A stretch of DNA of 64,000 bases from Chthoniobacteraceae bacterium (GCA_031409335.1 JANNWY010000316.1:1-64000), one strand, 5' to 3'; counted from the stretch's first letter, positions 37,976 through 47,423 are shown. The notes: generated by a model from the sequence alone, not told the origin. Numbers and translations are program-made.

Positions 37976-40588
37976 TTAGCCGTTCGCGTTTTTCCATTGC
38001 CGCCGCCGCAGCCAGATATCCAGCGGGATCAGCGTGAGCGCGGCGATCAGGAGCGAGTCGGTCACGTCGCGGCGTTGCGATGAGGTGATCTCCGGTCGCG
38101 CGAAAATTTCAGTCGGCGATGGCGCGAATTTTCCGCGCGTGATTTCCGCCAGCGAACGCAATAGCGGCTCGTTCGTTTCCGTGGAAAGAAACTCGCGCGG
38201 GTAGCTGCGCGTGTGGCCGAAAGTGTAGCCGCCGTCGGGCAGATCGGGCGAATTCACCGCGACGATCGTGGTGCCTTCCGGCGCGAGGGAAATTTGCGCG
38301 CGATACTGGCCGGGGCTGGATTGCGTGGCGGCGACGGACTTCGCTTCGCCGCCGGGTCCGAGTGCGTTCACGGCGATGGGGAGTTGATTGCGGAATGCGC
38401 CGTCCGGCTGCACGGCGTCGATCGTCAGCACGAGATCGTTGCCAATTTCCCGGCTCTGCACCTCGAAGCTCGCCTGATCGCTTTTCCGCATCAGCCCGCG
38501 CACCGTTTGCGTCCAGAATTTCCCGTAGCCCGGCCACGTGAGCCATTCCGCGGCCCACCGGCTTTTGGCATCGCTCGTGAATGCCGCCGCCTGCCCGAGC
38601 CCGTAGCGCCAAGTCGCGAGCAGCGGTTCGCCGCGTTCGGTCGCGAGGAGAATGTCGGCGGTCGGTTTGGGCTTCGTCGCGTTGTAGCCGAGCAGGAGAG
38701 GGGATTGCGCCCAGTCCAGCCCGGCGGTGAGCGCGCTATTGCGCACCGGCACGGCGAGGAAGGGTTCTTCGACGAGGCTCGATTGCGCGACTTTCATCGT
38801 CTCGGTGCTGAAGATCTGCGGCAGCGTGGTGGCATCGCTCGTCAGGTAAAAGCGGCCGTTTCCGCGCTCGGCGAGCTGGCGGAGAAATGCGGTGTCCTTG
38901 TCCGCCTCAAGTCCGAGCGCGACGACCGATGTCGTGATCTTCGACGCGAGCATCGCCGACGCGAGATCGAGCGATGAGCCGCCGCCGCGCGCCCCGTCGC
39001 CCATTTCACCGCCGTTCTTTTCCTCCGCGTCCGCGGCGTCGGAGAAAAGGATGATGTGCTTGATGCGCGCCGGGATGTCGCGGATCTGGCCGAACGCCTC
39101 GACGAGCGACGTGTAGATGTAAATGCCGCCGCCGCCCGCGGTGATCGTGAGAATCTTCTGCTCCTCGCTGCTTTTCGTCGCGTGCTGCGCGAGCGGCACG
39201 ACGGTGTGCGAGCGCACATCGACGGCGAGCACGCCGAAATAATCCTTCGGTTGAAGGACATTCAGCGCCAGCACCGCGCCTTGATTTGCGAGCGACATCT
39301 TCGTTTGCCCCTGCACCTGCGCGGTCATCGAGCCCGAGCGATCGAGCACCACGAGCAACGCCACGCTCGGCGTGTCGAGCCGGTCCTCGTGTTCCATTCG
39401 GATCGGCAGCATTTGCTCGATCGGCGTGCGGAAATAGCCGCCGACGCCGTAGCTATTCTCACCGCCGATCATGAGAAAGCCGCCGCCAAAATCCTGCACC
39501 CAGCGCCGGTAAAGCTCCATCTGCTCGCGACCCATTTGCAGCGCCGACACATCGCTGAGCGCAAGCAAATCGAACTGCTGCAAATCCTCCAGCGTCCTCG
39601 GCAAGCCGGGTGCCCCGCGTGTTTCGACCTGCATTTTCTCGCGCCGCAGCGCCTCGGCGAGCGGACGGATTTTCGTCTCGTCGCCATCGACGATCAATAC
39701 GCGCGGCTGCCCGCGAAGGCTTGCCGTGGCTTGCGCGCGGTTGTTTTCCACGGACGTATCCTGCGCCGGGACGACTTCGACTTCATAGGAAATGAAGTTG
39801 CCGTCGGCTTGCAGATTCGCCGCGCGGAAATCGTTGTCGCCAGGCTTCAGCATCTCGTCGCGCTGCTCGATGAGGAATTGGTTCTGGTAAAGTTTCACCT
39901 TCGCCGCCGTCTCGACGTTGCTGCGAATATTCGCCGTGAGATCGAACGGCTCGCTCGTTTTCAAACGCCGCGGAATCTCGACGCGTTCGACCAGCACTTC
40001 GGGCGCGGCGGCATTGCGCAGCGGGACCGTGAACAGCTCCACGCCGGAATTTGCGAGCGCCTGCGCGGCGGGCGTGGCGCGATCCGACGTGTCGTTGCCA
40101 TCGCTCAACAGCACCAGCCGGCGCTTTTTCCCGGTGGGAAAAATCGCGCTCGCGAAGTCGCAGGCGCGCTCGAAATCGGTCGCGGTGACATCCTTCAGCG
40201 CAGGCCACTCGGTGAGCTGCAAGGCCGGCCCCGGCGGGTTCCACACTTCCGCATCGCGCGCAAATCCGATCACCCCGGCATCGTCGCCGGAGCCCTGCTT
40301 TTTCAAAGCCGCCGCCACGAATTCGCGCGCCGCTTTCTGCGCGGCGGGTGAAACGCTCGCGGATTGATCCACGGCGAAAATGACCGCGACATCGCGCGAC
40401 GGAAGCTGCAACCGCACGCCGGCGAGTGCGCCGATGAGCAGCAGCAGAATCAATGTGCGCATCGCAAAACACATCGTCCGCTGAAGTGACGTCATGTCCG
40501 CGAGCGAGCGGCGCTGGCCGAGCCACAGCAGCGGCACGACGAGCAGCAGCGAGAGAAAGCCGGGATGCGTCAGTTCAAGCATGGGCAT
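37976..40588 (-). CDS. Membrane protein with two VWA domains and a GATase1-like domain
   Basis: DQSAS and DRSGSM MIDAS motifs, LSDG.., GGGFLMIGG.NSYG.GGY, YGLG...AF.SD...W, C-terminal TM. Confidence 0.88.
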   Translation of the reverse strand: MPMLELTHPGFLSLLLVVPLLWLGQRRSLADMTSLQRTMCFAMRTLILLLLIGALAGVRLQLPSRDVAVIFAVDQSASVSPAAQKAAREFVAAALKKQGSGDDAGVIGFARDAEVWNPPGPALQLTEWPALKDVTATDFERACDFASAIFPTGKKRRLVLLSDGNDTSDRATPAAQALANSGVELFTVPLRNAAAPEVLVERVEIPRRLKTSEPFDLTANIRSNVETAAKVKLYQNQFLIEQRDEMLKPGDNDFRAANLQADGNFISYEVEVVPAQDTSVENNRAQATASLRGQPRVLIVDGDETKIRPLAEALRREKMQVETRGAPGLPRTLEDLQQFDLLALSDVSALQMGREQMELYRRWVQDFGGGFLMIGGENSYGVGGYFRTPIEQMLPIRMEHEDRLDTPSVALLVVLDRSGSMTAQVQGQTKMSLANQGAVLALNVLQPKDYFGVLAVDVRSHTVVPLAQHATKSSEEQKILTITAGGGGIYIYTSLVEAFGQIRDIPARIKHIILFSDAADAEEKNGGEMGDGARGGGSSLDLASAMLASKITTSVVALGLEADKDTAFLRQLAERGNGRFYLTSDATTLPQIFSTETMKVAQSSLVEEPFLAVPVRNSALTAGLDWAQSPLLLGYNATKPKPTADILLATERGEPLLATWRYGLGQAAAFTSDAKSRWAAEWLTWPGYGKFWTQTVRGLMRKSDQASFEVQSREIGNDLVLTIDAVQPDGAFRNQLPIAVNALGPGGEAKSVAATQSSPGQYRAQISLAPEGTTIVAVNSPDLPDGGYTFGHTRSYPREFLSTETNEPLLRSLAEITRGKFAPSPTEIFARPEITSSQRRDVTDSLLIAALTLIPLDIWLRRRQWKNANG

Positions 40589-40611
40589 TTATGGAAGTGG
40601 CGCGCGCGAGT

Positions 40612-40776
40612 TCCGGGTAGCACGCTCGTCCCGAGCGTTGGTCTTCGCGTCTCGCGGAGACGAACTTTCCTGCCGGTCGGCTACTGAACTCGTGAACGAA
40701 CTGCGTGCAAACATGGCCGGAAGTTCGTTTCGGCGGGACGCCAAAACCAACGCTCGGGACGAGCGTGCTACCCGGA
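40612..40776. repeat. GTAG-type REP doublet (REPIN-like long inverted repeat)
   Basis: TCCGGGTAGCACGCTCGTCCCGAGCGTTGGT (40612-40642) is the perfect reverse complement of 40746-40776; inner arms are also partly complementary. Confidence 0.9.
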
Positions 40777-40794
40777 GCTTGCAGCGTCGCGTCT

Positions 40795-42666
40795 TCACTC
40801 CGTCCGCCTCCGGTGGAAGAGCCACCATTCGATCGTGAAAAGCACGAGCGCGGCGAGCGCGAGGTATTGCCAGAGCGGCCAGCCGCTGAAACCCGCGAGC
40901 GCGGCGACCGGGAACGGTGGAGGAGTTTTCGCGGAAGCATCGCCGCCGCGCAAATCGGATTCCGCTTCGCTGAAAGTATTCACCGCCAGCCAGCTCGTCG
41001 CGCCTTGCTCGGTCACGAGATGGAATCCATCGCGTAGCGGCTGGAAAAATCCGGTCGTCGTTTTCGCCAGATCGGGTTGCGCCTCAATGCTCGTGAGCGC
41101 ATCCGTCGAAATCGTGGCTCCCGGTGCGAGCGATACTTGTTCACCCGCGAGCACCCCCGCGATCGTCTCGCGCGAATCGCCTGCGAGCCAGCGTGTGGCA
41201 TTCGTCATCAGCAGCGGGAAGGCGATGCGCAGCGGCAGGTCGGAATCGGCGACATCGAACGCGAGCGTGGCCACGCGCTGTTCGCCGGTTGGAATTCGGC
41301 GCGAGCCAGTGAGCAGCAGCGGATGTTCGAAGCTGCGGAGCGGCGATTGCCAGGTCCAGCCGTCAGCGGATTCGGGAGCCTTCAGCGGTGTGGCGCGGAC
41401 GATGGTGACGTTCTGTAAATTCACGAGCCGCATCACCGGATGATTCGCGTCGCTTTCGCTCACGAGCGGCTGCGCGATCGGCGCTTCCGCCGTGGTGAAC
41501 GGCGATTGTTTCAGGAAGAGAAAGTTGCCCGTGGATTCCGCGAGGTCGAAATCCGGCGGGATGAAATTGTCGAGAATCACCGCGTCGAATTTTGCCGCGA
41601 AATCCGCCTGCCACGCGCCCGGCTCGATCAGCTCGAACTCGGTTTGCTGATCCGCCGCGAGCAGTTTTTCGAGGAACCAATTGCCCTTCGTGACGAGCAG
41701 CACGCGTTGCGATTTCGGCGCGGGCAGGACGGCATACGCGGTGTTGTCCACCCGCAGCGCATCTTTCACGTCGAGGCGCGCCGTCAGCCAGCCGCGGGCG
41801 CTGCGAGTCGTGCGCGGCACGGATGGGAACACGTCGAAGCGTTCCTTCCCTGGCTCCAGGGTGAATGGCTTCACATCGAGCAGCTTTCCATCGAACGAAA
41901 TCTCCACATTTCCGCTGACCGCCGCGCGCCCGAAATTCTTGATCGCCAGCAAGACTTCGCTCGTCTGCGGACTCGCCAGCAAGGGCCGCGTGGCGAAGCG
42001 CGTGATCGCGACATTGTCGCGAACCGTCCCGCATGAGACAAAACTGATTTCCGCCTTCCGCTTTCCGCTTTCCGGTTTCTCACTGTCGGTGAGCACCACC
42101 ACGCGTGCGTCGCCTTTCCGCGAAGCGAGCAGCGAATCCGCAAGGGCGATGGATGCTTCGAGATCGCCGCCAGCGTCTGTCACTGCGAGCGATTCGAGAC
42201 CGGTGAGCAGTGCGCGTTCGTCGCCGGTGAAAGGCACGATCACATTTGGCGCCGCGCCCGCACTGAGGAGCGCGAGCTGCCGGCCCGGCCCCGCTTCCCG
42301 CACATAGCGCCGCGCCTCCGCGAGCGCGCGATCGAACCGCGTTTGCGTGCCATTTTCCACCGCCTGCATCCGCGCGCGTGTGTCCACGATGAGCACCACG
42401 GAAGCGCCATCGCGCACGAGCCGGTCGAACGCCGGTTTCGCGAGCGCCGCGACGATCAGTAAAAAGATGAGCAGGTGCAGCAGCAGCGAGAAGAGATTGC
42501 GCAGCTTTTGGAACAGCGCGCGCTGGCGATTTTCTTGCATCACGCGTTCCCAAAAAATCAGCGTCGAAACCATGATGGGCCGCCGCTTCAGCTTCAGCAG
42601 ATACAGCATCACGATCACCGGCACACCGGCAAGGAACCAGATGGCCCACGGCGCGAGAAACGTCAT
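40795..42666 (-). CDS. BatA-domain/VWA-domain membrane protein
   Basis: MTFLAP..P.I..LYLLKLKR....ST..FW BatA N-terminus; degenerate MIDAS; DN.AI..F; C-terminal EW..FHRR. Confidence 0.85.
   Translation of the reverse strand: MTFLAPWAIWFLAGVPVIVMLYLLKLKRRPIMVSTLIFWERVMQENRQRALFQKLRNLFSLLLHLLIFLLIVAALAKPAFDRLVRDGASVVLIVDTRARMQAVENGTQTRFDRALAEARRYVREAGPGRQLALLSAGAAPNVIVPFTGDERALLTGLESLAVTDAGGDLEASIALADSLLASRKGDARVVVLTDSEKPESGKRKAEISFVSCGTVRDNVAITRFATRPLLASPQTSEVLLAIKNFGRAAVSGNVEISFDGKLLDVKPFTLEPGKERFDVFPSVPRTTRSARGWLTARLDVKDALRVDNTAYAVLPAPKSQRVLLVTKGNWFLEKLLAADQQTEFELIEPGAWQADFAAKFDAVILDNFIPPDFDLAESTGNFLFLKQSPFTTAEAPIAQPLVSESDANHPVMRLVNLQNVTIVRATPLKAPESADGWTWQSPLRSFEHPLLLTGSRRIPTGEQRVATLAFDVADSDLPLRIAFPLLMTNATRWLAGDSRETIAGVLAGEQVSLAPGATISTDALTSIEAQPDLAKTTTGFFQPLRDGFHLVTEQGATSWLAVNTFSEAESDLRGGDASAKTPPPFPVAALAGFSGWPLWQYLALAALVLFTIEWWLFHRRRTE
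42048..42079. repeat. Heptamer (TTTCCGC)n tract inside the BatA/VWA coding sequence
   Basis: TTTCCGC CTTCCGC TTTCCGC TTTCCGG TTTC; encodes KPESGKRKAE on the minus strand. Confidence 0.7.
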
Positions 42667-42911
42667 GGGCGGAATTTGGATTTCGTGCAGCGGGGCTCGT
42701 GGATCATTCGTCGGGCGCGACATTGCCACTTGCCGCGCGGTTTTCGCAAGGCCCGCGCTTTTTCACACCGGAGAAAAGCGTATTCCCACAACTCGAAGCC
42801 CCCCTTTCCTCACAGGCACCGAAGGCTGTTGTTCCGCAGCGAACAAGCGACTTAGGTCAGTGAGCCCTTTGCAAGGTGGAAAGGGTCAGCATGCCTACAT
42901 TTGGAGAGACG

Positions 42912-42959
42912 GGAGCTAGTGATGGGATTCGAACCCATGACCTTCTGTTTACGAAACAG
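42912..42959 (-). repeat. att site: duplicated 3' part of tRNA-Thr(CGT)
   Basis: 48 bp matching 52543-52590 with 4 mismatches; next to the integrase. Confidence 0.9.
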
Positions 42960-42997
42960 TAGTTTTATAGAGTAATATTGATTTTGTTGTCAAATAG

Positions 42998-43026
42998 TTG
43001 ACGAATAGCGCCTCTTTGCGTATTCT
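42998..43026 (+). promoter_or_regulatory. Sigma70 promoter of the integrase
   Basis: TTGACG-N17-TATTCT, ending 9 bp before the ATG. Confidence 0.7.
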
Positions 43027-43035
43027 TTCGGCACT

Positions 43036-44184
43036 ATGCGAAAGACTGCGCTCTCAATCAGCAAATGCCGCGTCCACGGTGCCCTCCGCTACTGCGTCAC
43101 GTCGCCCCGTTGCGACGGTCCCGGTCGCGACCGTCGCTTTTTTGCCGACAAAGGGGAGGCGAAGACGTTTCTCGAACTACGGAAACGCGAGGTCGAACGG
43201 CACGGGCTGCGCGCGCTCACGATGAACGGTCAGGAACGTGCCGATTATTTGTGGTGCGAAGCTCAACTGCGCCCCTACTCGCTAACGGTGCGCGCGGCCA
43301 TCGAGACGCTGCTCCCGCAACTCAAAGCCCGCGAGCACGGCCTCTGCGTCGCGGATGCCGTGAAGCGGCTGCTCGAAAGCAAGCGCGCGGCGGGCCTCAG
43401 CGAACGTCACCTTTACTGCATCGAGAATCGTCTCACCCGTTTCGCCGCCGACCACCCGGAGCGCACGCTCGCAAGCTTCACGCATCGCGACGTGGAGCAG
43501 TGGCTCAATGCGCTGGCGATGGGCGCGCAGAGCGTGAACCACTACAAGGCGACGCTGCATTCCCTTTTCGCCTACGGCGTAAAGGCGGGGGCGTGTGTGG
43601 CGAATCCCGTGGCCGGCATCGACTCGCGGAAGGTGGTACGCCCCGCGCCGTCCATCCTGACTCCCGCCCAACTCGCCGCCCTGCTCACGGCCTGCGAGAG
43701 CGATCCCGAGATGCAAGCTTTCGTTGCCGTGGCCGCGTTCGCCGGATTGCGCCGCGCGGAGATCGAGCGGTTAAAATGGGAGGACGTGAACCTTGCCCGC
43801 GGCTTCATCACCGTGGGCGCGGAGAATGCGAAGACGGCGAAACGCCGGCTGGTGCCCGTGTGTGTCGCGTTGCGCGAGTGGCTCGCGCCCATCGCGAAGC
43901 GCGCCGGATTGGTTGCGCCGACGATCAACTTCCGCAGGCGCTTCCATGCCGCGCGCGAAGCCGCCGGGCTGCTCCATGAATGGGAGGGCAACGAGCTTCG
44001 CCACTCGTACGCCAGCTATCGTCTCGCCGAGACTCAGAACGCGGCGTTGACCAGTCTTGAACTCGGCAATTCTCCGAGTGTGCTGCAAGCGCATTACCGG
44101 GAACTGGCCACGCCCTCCGATGCCGTCGCATGGTTCGCAGTGAGGCCGCAGGGCGCGGAAAACATCGTCGCTCTCTCCGCGTGA
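43036..44184 (+). CDS. int: Tyrosine recombinase/integrase
   Basis: GLRRAE (R), KT (K), NELRHSYAS, LGN, HY catalytic Tyr; SAM-like core-binding region. Confidence 0.95.
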   Translation: MRKTALSISKCRVHGALRYCVTSPRCDGPGRDRRFFADKGEAKTFLELRKREVERHGLRALTMNGQERADYLWCEAQLRPYSLTVRAAIETLLPQLKAREHGLCVADAVKRLLESKRAAGLSERHLYCIENRLTRFAADHPERTLASFTHRDVEQWLNALAMGAQSVNHYKATLHSLFAYGVKAGACVANPVAGIDSRKVVRPAPSILTPAQLAALLTACESDPEMQAFVAVAAFAGLRRAEIERLKWEDVNLARGFITVGAENAKTAKRRLVPVCVALREWLAPIAKRAGLVAPTINFRRRFHAAREAAGLLHEWEGNELRHSYASYRLAETQNAALTSLELGNSPSVLQAHYRELATPSDAVAWFAVRPQGAENIVALSA

Positions 44185-44260
44185 TGGGAGCCGCACACGC
44201 TTCCCGTGTTGCCCTCTTCGACTCGCGTCACGGGAAAGCAAAGAGAGCGGGCTGGCTGCG

Positions 44261-44838
44261 CGCGGTGTGAGCTGACGGGGAAACGTGATGGCAATCGAGG
44301 GGGCAAGTGCCGTGACCCCGCCGGCTAACTGGCCGGGGTCGCGCGATCCCGGCGGGGCTGTGGAGTCGTTGGCGCGCGCGTGGGAGCGGTGAAATTTCGA
44401 GCCACCGACCGGGGGAAAACTGAATCACGATGGGTGTGTTGTGTGCGCCAAGGAGCGCACCGGGCCGAAGCAGAACGGGCAGGTAAAGAATTGCGCCGTA
44501 TCACGCATTTTGTGCTCGACAATCGCAAACGCGCAGTCACTCGCGCAGTGTGACCCGCCGGGGAAACCTTGGTGCTAATCAGGGGCAAGTTGCGGTGACA
44601 CCGCCGGCATAACTGGCCGGGGTTGCCCGATTCCTACCGGGCTGTGGAAGTCGTTCGCGCGAGCGTGGGAGCGGTGAAATTCCGAGCCACCGACCGGGGG
44701 AAAACAGGATCACTATGGGTGTGTTGTTAGCGCGAAGGAGCGCACCGCGCCGAAGCAGACAGCGGTAAGGTAAAGAATTGCGCGGATTCACGCATTTTTT
44801 TCTCGACATTTGCAACCGTGGCGTCACGCGAGCGGGGT
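44261..44838. repeat. Tandem duplication of a ~283-bp non-coding unit
   Basis: Both units share GGGGCAAGT..CCGCCGGC.TAACTGGCCGGGGT, GCGTGGGAGCGGTGAAATTYCGAGCCACCGACCGGGGGAAAAC, ATGGGTGTGTTG, AAGGAGCGCACCG, AGGTAAAGAATTGCG and CTCGACA. Confidence 0.9.
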
Positions 44839-44840
44839 TG

Positions 44841-45080
44841 ATGAGACACCTCAAGTCAAAAAGCAACGGGCCGGGCGACATCGCTCCGGCGGTAACTGTA
44901 GATCAACTCACCAACAAGCGGGGCGTCGCCAAAGCGGCGGGCGTTTCCCCACGCCTCGTCGATCGCTGGATTCAGGAGAAAAAAATCCCAAGCATCTTGC
45001 TGTCGCCCAGATGCCGGCGTTTCCATCTGCCGAGCGTGATGGCGGCGCTGCGCCGCTATACGGTGGAGGAGGTCAAGTGA
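44841..45080 (+). CDS. Excisionase-like winged HTH protein
   Basis: L..K..VA...GVS.R.V.RW....KIP......R.F pattern; first gene of a translationally coupled operon. Confidence 0.8.
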   Translation: MRHLKSKSNGPGDIAPAVTVDQLTNKRGVAKAAGVSPRLVDRWIQEKKIPSILLSPRCRRFHLPSVMAALRRYTVEEVK

Positions 45081-45349
45081 CCGCCCGGTTCTGCTCCGGT
45101 CCCGCGCAGCGCGCGGAGTCACCACCCGGAAAGAAAAAAGCCGCCCCGGCAAAGGATGCGGCTGGCTTTCTCAAGTTGGCAGAAAGTGACACGTCCACCA
45201 TCACCACGCAAGAGCCCGCGCGCGCGAATTTGTGCGGTGCGTCTTTTACGTCCACAAGGCAACGCAGCCGGCGCTTCTCTCCCCCTGCTCCCACAGCGAG
45301 GCTGAACCTTCGACGGATCGCGCGCGCTGAGAAGGGAGGCGCGGTATGA
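45077..45349 (+). CDS. Small hypothetical protein
   Basis: GTG start overlaps the xis stop, preceded by GGAGG; stop overlaps the primase ATG. Confidence 0.5.
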   Translation: MTARFCSGPAQRAESPPGKKKAAPAKDAAGFLKLAESDTSTITTQEPARANLCGASFTSTRQRSRRFSPPAPTARLNLRRIARAEKGGAV

Positions 45350-46251
45350 CCCGTTCCCACGACCTTCCTCGATTCGTCCGGGACCTACTGGCATCCGTTC
45401 CCAGCCACGGGGAGGGCGTTCACCGCTGGCTCTTTCGCACCGCGCGCGTGCTTCATCCGTATCGCTCGGAAACCGAGATTGCGGCCACCTTGCGCGCGGC
45501 GGTGGCAGGCTGCGGGCGCACCGTTGCCGAAGGCGAGATTGCGGATGCGATCCTCAACTCGAAGGCGTGCGCGTGGGAGCCGGGCGCGGTGGGGGTGCAA
45601 CGATCCCCTCGCGTCTCCGCATGGCCGACGGTGGACCACCAACTGCGCGAGTCCATCACCGCCAACGGCGCGGGGTTATACGACCTGTGGGAGAATTCGC
45701 CGGTGCGTTTCGAGGACGGTGAGCGCTACACGGAGAGAATCGTGGACGTGCTGTTCCCTGGCAATCCGTGGCTCTGCGTCGGCGCAACTAGCCGCACCTT
45801 TAAGACTCGCCACCGCGAGGAACTGCGAGGCGAGTTGGCCCCCCTGGCTCTCATCGTACCGTCTCCAATGAAGGGACAGACGGGGAAGACTCAAGAGGGA
45901 GGGACAAGCGAGCATACGCTCGAAAGCACTGGGCCACGCCGCTTCCTCGTCGTGGAGTTCGACACCGGCACCGGCGATGAACAAGCGGCCCTTTTGCTGC
46001 ACCTCGCTGAGCGCGCCCCGCTCGCCCTGGCCGTCCACAGCGGCGGCAAATCGCTGCATGGATGGTTCTACAGCGCGGGGCAGGGTGAGGGCGCCACGCG
46101 GGGGTTTATGCGCTACGCGGTCTCCCTCGGCGCAGACCCGCTGATGTGGACGCGCTCGCAATTCGCGCGAATGCCTGACGGCACCCGCGACACCGGCCAG
46201 CAGCAGACGGTCCATTTCTTCAACCCAGCGATCGTGGAGGAGGCAAAATGA
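45346..46251 (+). CDS. AEP-superfamily primase (RepB'/prim-pol-like)
   Basis: FLVVEFD (motif I), HSGGKSLHGWF (motif II), RMP; SD GGAGG. Confidence 0.78.
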   Translation: MTRSHDLPRFVRDLLASVPSHGEGVHRWLFRTARVLHPYRSETEIAATLRAAVAGCGRTVAEGEIADAILNSKACAWEPGAVGVQRSPRVSAWPTVDHQLRESITANGAGLYDLWENSPVRFEDGERYTERIVDVLFPGNPWLCVGATSRTFKTRHREELRGELAPLALIVPSPMKGQTGKTQEGGTSEHTLESTGPRRFLVVEFDTGTGDEQAALLLHLAERAPLALAVHSGGKSLHGWFYSAGQGEGATRGFMRYAVSLGADPLMWTRSQFARMPDGTRDTGQQQTVHFFNPAIVEEAK

Positions 46252-47423
46252 ACACCCCACTGGCGAACACCTGGCAGCCGGACCAAATCCCGGACGTGCC
46301 CCCACCGGTCACGGACGCCGCGCAGGAGAGTACGAAGCGCAATCCCCTTAGCATCCGCACCATTGGCGAGATTCTTGCGATGACGTTCGACGATTCGGAT
46401 CTCATCCTGCCCAACGGCTATCTCGCCGCTGGCGAGCGCACGGCAATTTGCGGCATGGGAGGGGTGGGCAAATCACGGCTCACTATGCAGCTCGCGCTGT
46501 GCTGTCGAGTGGGGCGCGACTTCTTCGGGTGGCAAACCCGCGGGTGCGCTCTGCGATGGCTTTTCCTTCAAACGGAAAACTCGTGCCGTCGCCTGCAAGC
46601 GGACATCCAACGGATGCTTCGCGATTTCACCACCGCGGAGCGCGAGACGATCATGGCGGGCATCTTCTTCCACACGCTTGAAGACGACGATGATGGGTTC
46701 CTCTACCTCGATTGCCAAAATCGGGAGCGGATCGCCGACGCCATCGCTCAGACCCAGGCGGACATCGTGGTTTATGATCCACTTCGCGACTTCGGCACCG
46801 ATGATTTGAACTCGGACAAACACATGACGGATACGCTCCGGGAAATCGGCAGGCTCACACGTCGAGGCAATCCGAAGCGAGTGCCGGTGATCATCCATCA
46901 CGCCGGCACGGGAAAGGCCGGGATTCAAAAGACGACCGGCTTCGACCGCTCCAGCTTCGGACGCAACTCGAAGGTGCTTTTCGGATGGGTGCGCGCGCAA
47001 ATCAACGTCTCCCCGGCCCGCCCCGATGACAACACGCTGCTCATCATCGGGAGTGGCAAATGCAGCAATGCGGCCGAGTTTGAGCCCTTCGCAGTTCGAC
47101 TCGATCCTGAAACGATGCTGTATCAGGTCGTCCCGGATTTTGATCTCGATGAATGGCGAGATTCCCTCGAAACAGCACAATCCAGTGACCACAAGCTCAC
47201 CGTCGATGCCTTGCTCGCGCTACTCCCCGCAAGCGGAAGCATCTCGAAAAGCACCGTTATCGAGCGGTTGCGAGACAAAGGCATCGGGGAAAAGAAAGTG
47301 CGGGCGTTCATCGGTGCGACGATTGCGCCCAGAGGTCCCGTGCATGAATGGCGGATCAGGCGTTCCGGGAAGCGGAACGACATCCATCTGAGCCGGGAGC
47401 CGCAAAGCGATGGCGAGCGTTAG
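46248..47423 (+). CDS. RepA/SF4-type (AAA_25) replicative helicase
   Basis: GMGGVGKS Walker A, TEN, IVVYDP Walker B, IIHH; coupled to the primase. Confidence 0.85.
   Translation: MNTPLANTWQPDQIPDVPPPVTDAAQESTKRNPLSIRTIGEILAMTFDDSDLILPNGYLAAGERTAICGMGGVGKSRLTMQLALCCRVGRDFFGWQTRGCALRWLFLQTENSCRRLQADIQRMLRDFTTAERETIMAGIFFHTLEDDDDGFLYLDCQNRERIADAIAQTQADIVVYDPLRDFGTDDLNSDKHMTDTLREIGRLTRRGNPKRVPVIIHHAGTGKAGIQKTTGFDRSSFGRNSKVLFGWVRAQINVSPARPDDNTLLIIGSGKCSNAAEFEPFAVRLDPETMLYQVVPDFDLDEWRDSLETAQSSDHKLTVDALLALLPASGSISKSTVIERLRDKGIGEKKVRAFIGATIAPRGPVHEWRIRRSGKRNDIHLSREPQSDGER

Noticed and set aside
42912..42959. Second tRNA gene
   Set aside because: Lacks the 5' acceptor strand, D-arm and CCA; it is the att duplication.
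43980..44110. Integrase inactivated by His-to-Asn changes (NELRH, LGN)
   Set aside because: Substitutions at these His positions occur in other tyrosine recombinases; the Arg, Lys, Arg and Tyr residues are intact.
44380..44420. GGGAGCGGTGAAATTYCG as a cobalamin or FMN riboswitch
   Set aside because: Only a short resemblance; the B12 box and FMN conserved segments are not visible, and the downstream genes are not metabolic.
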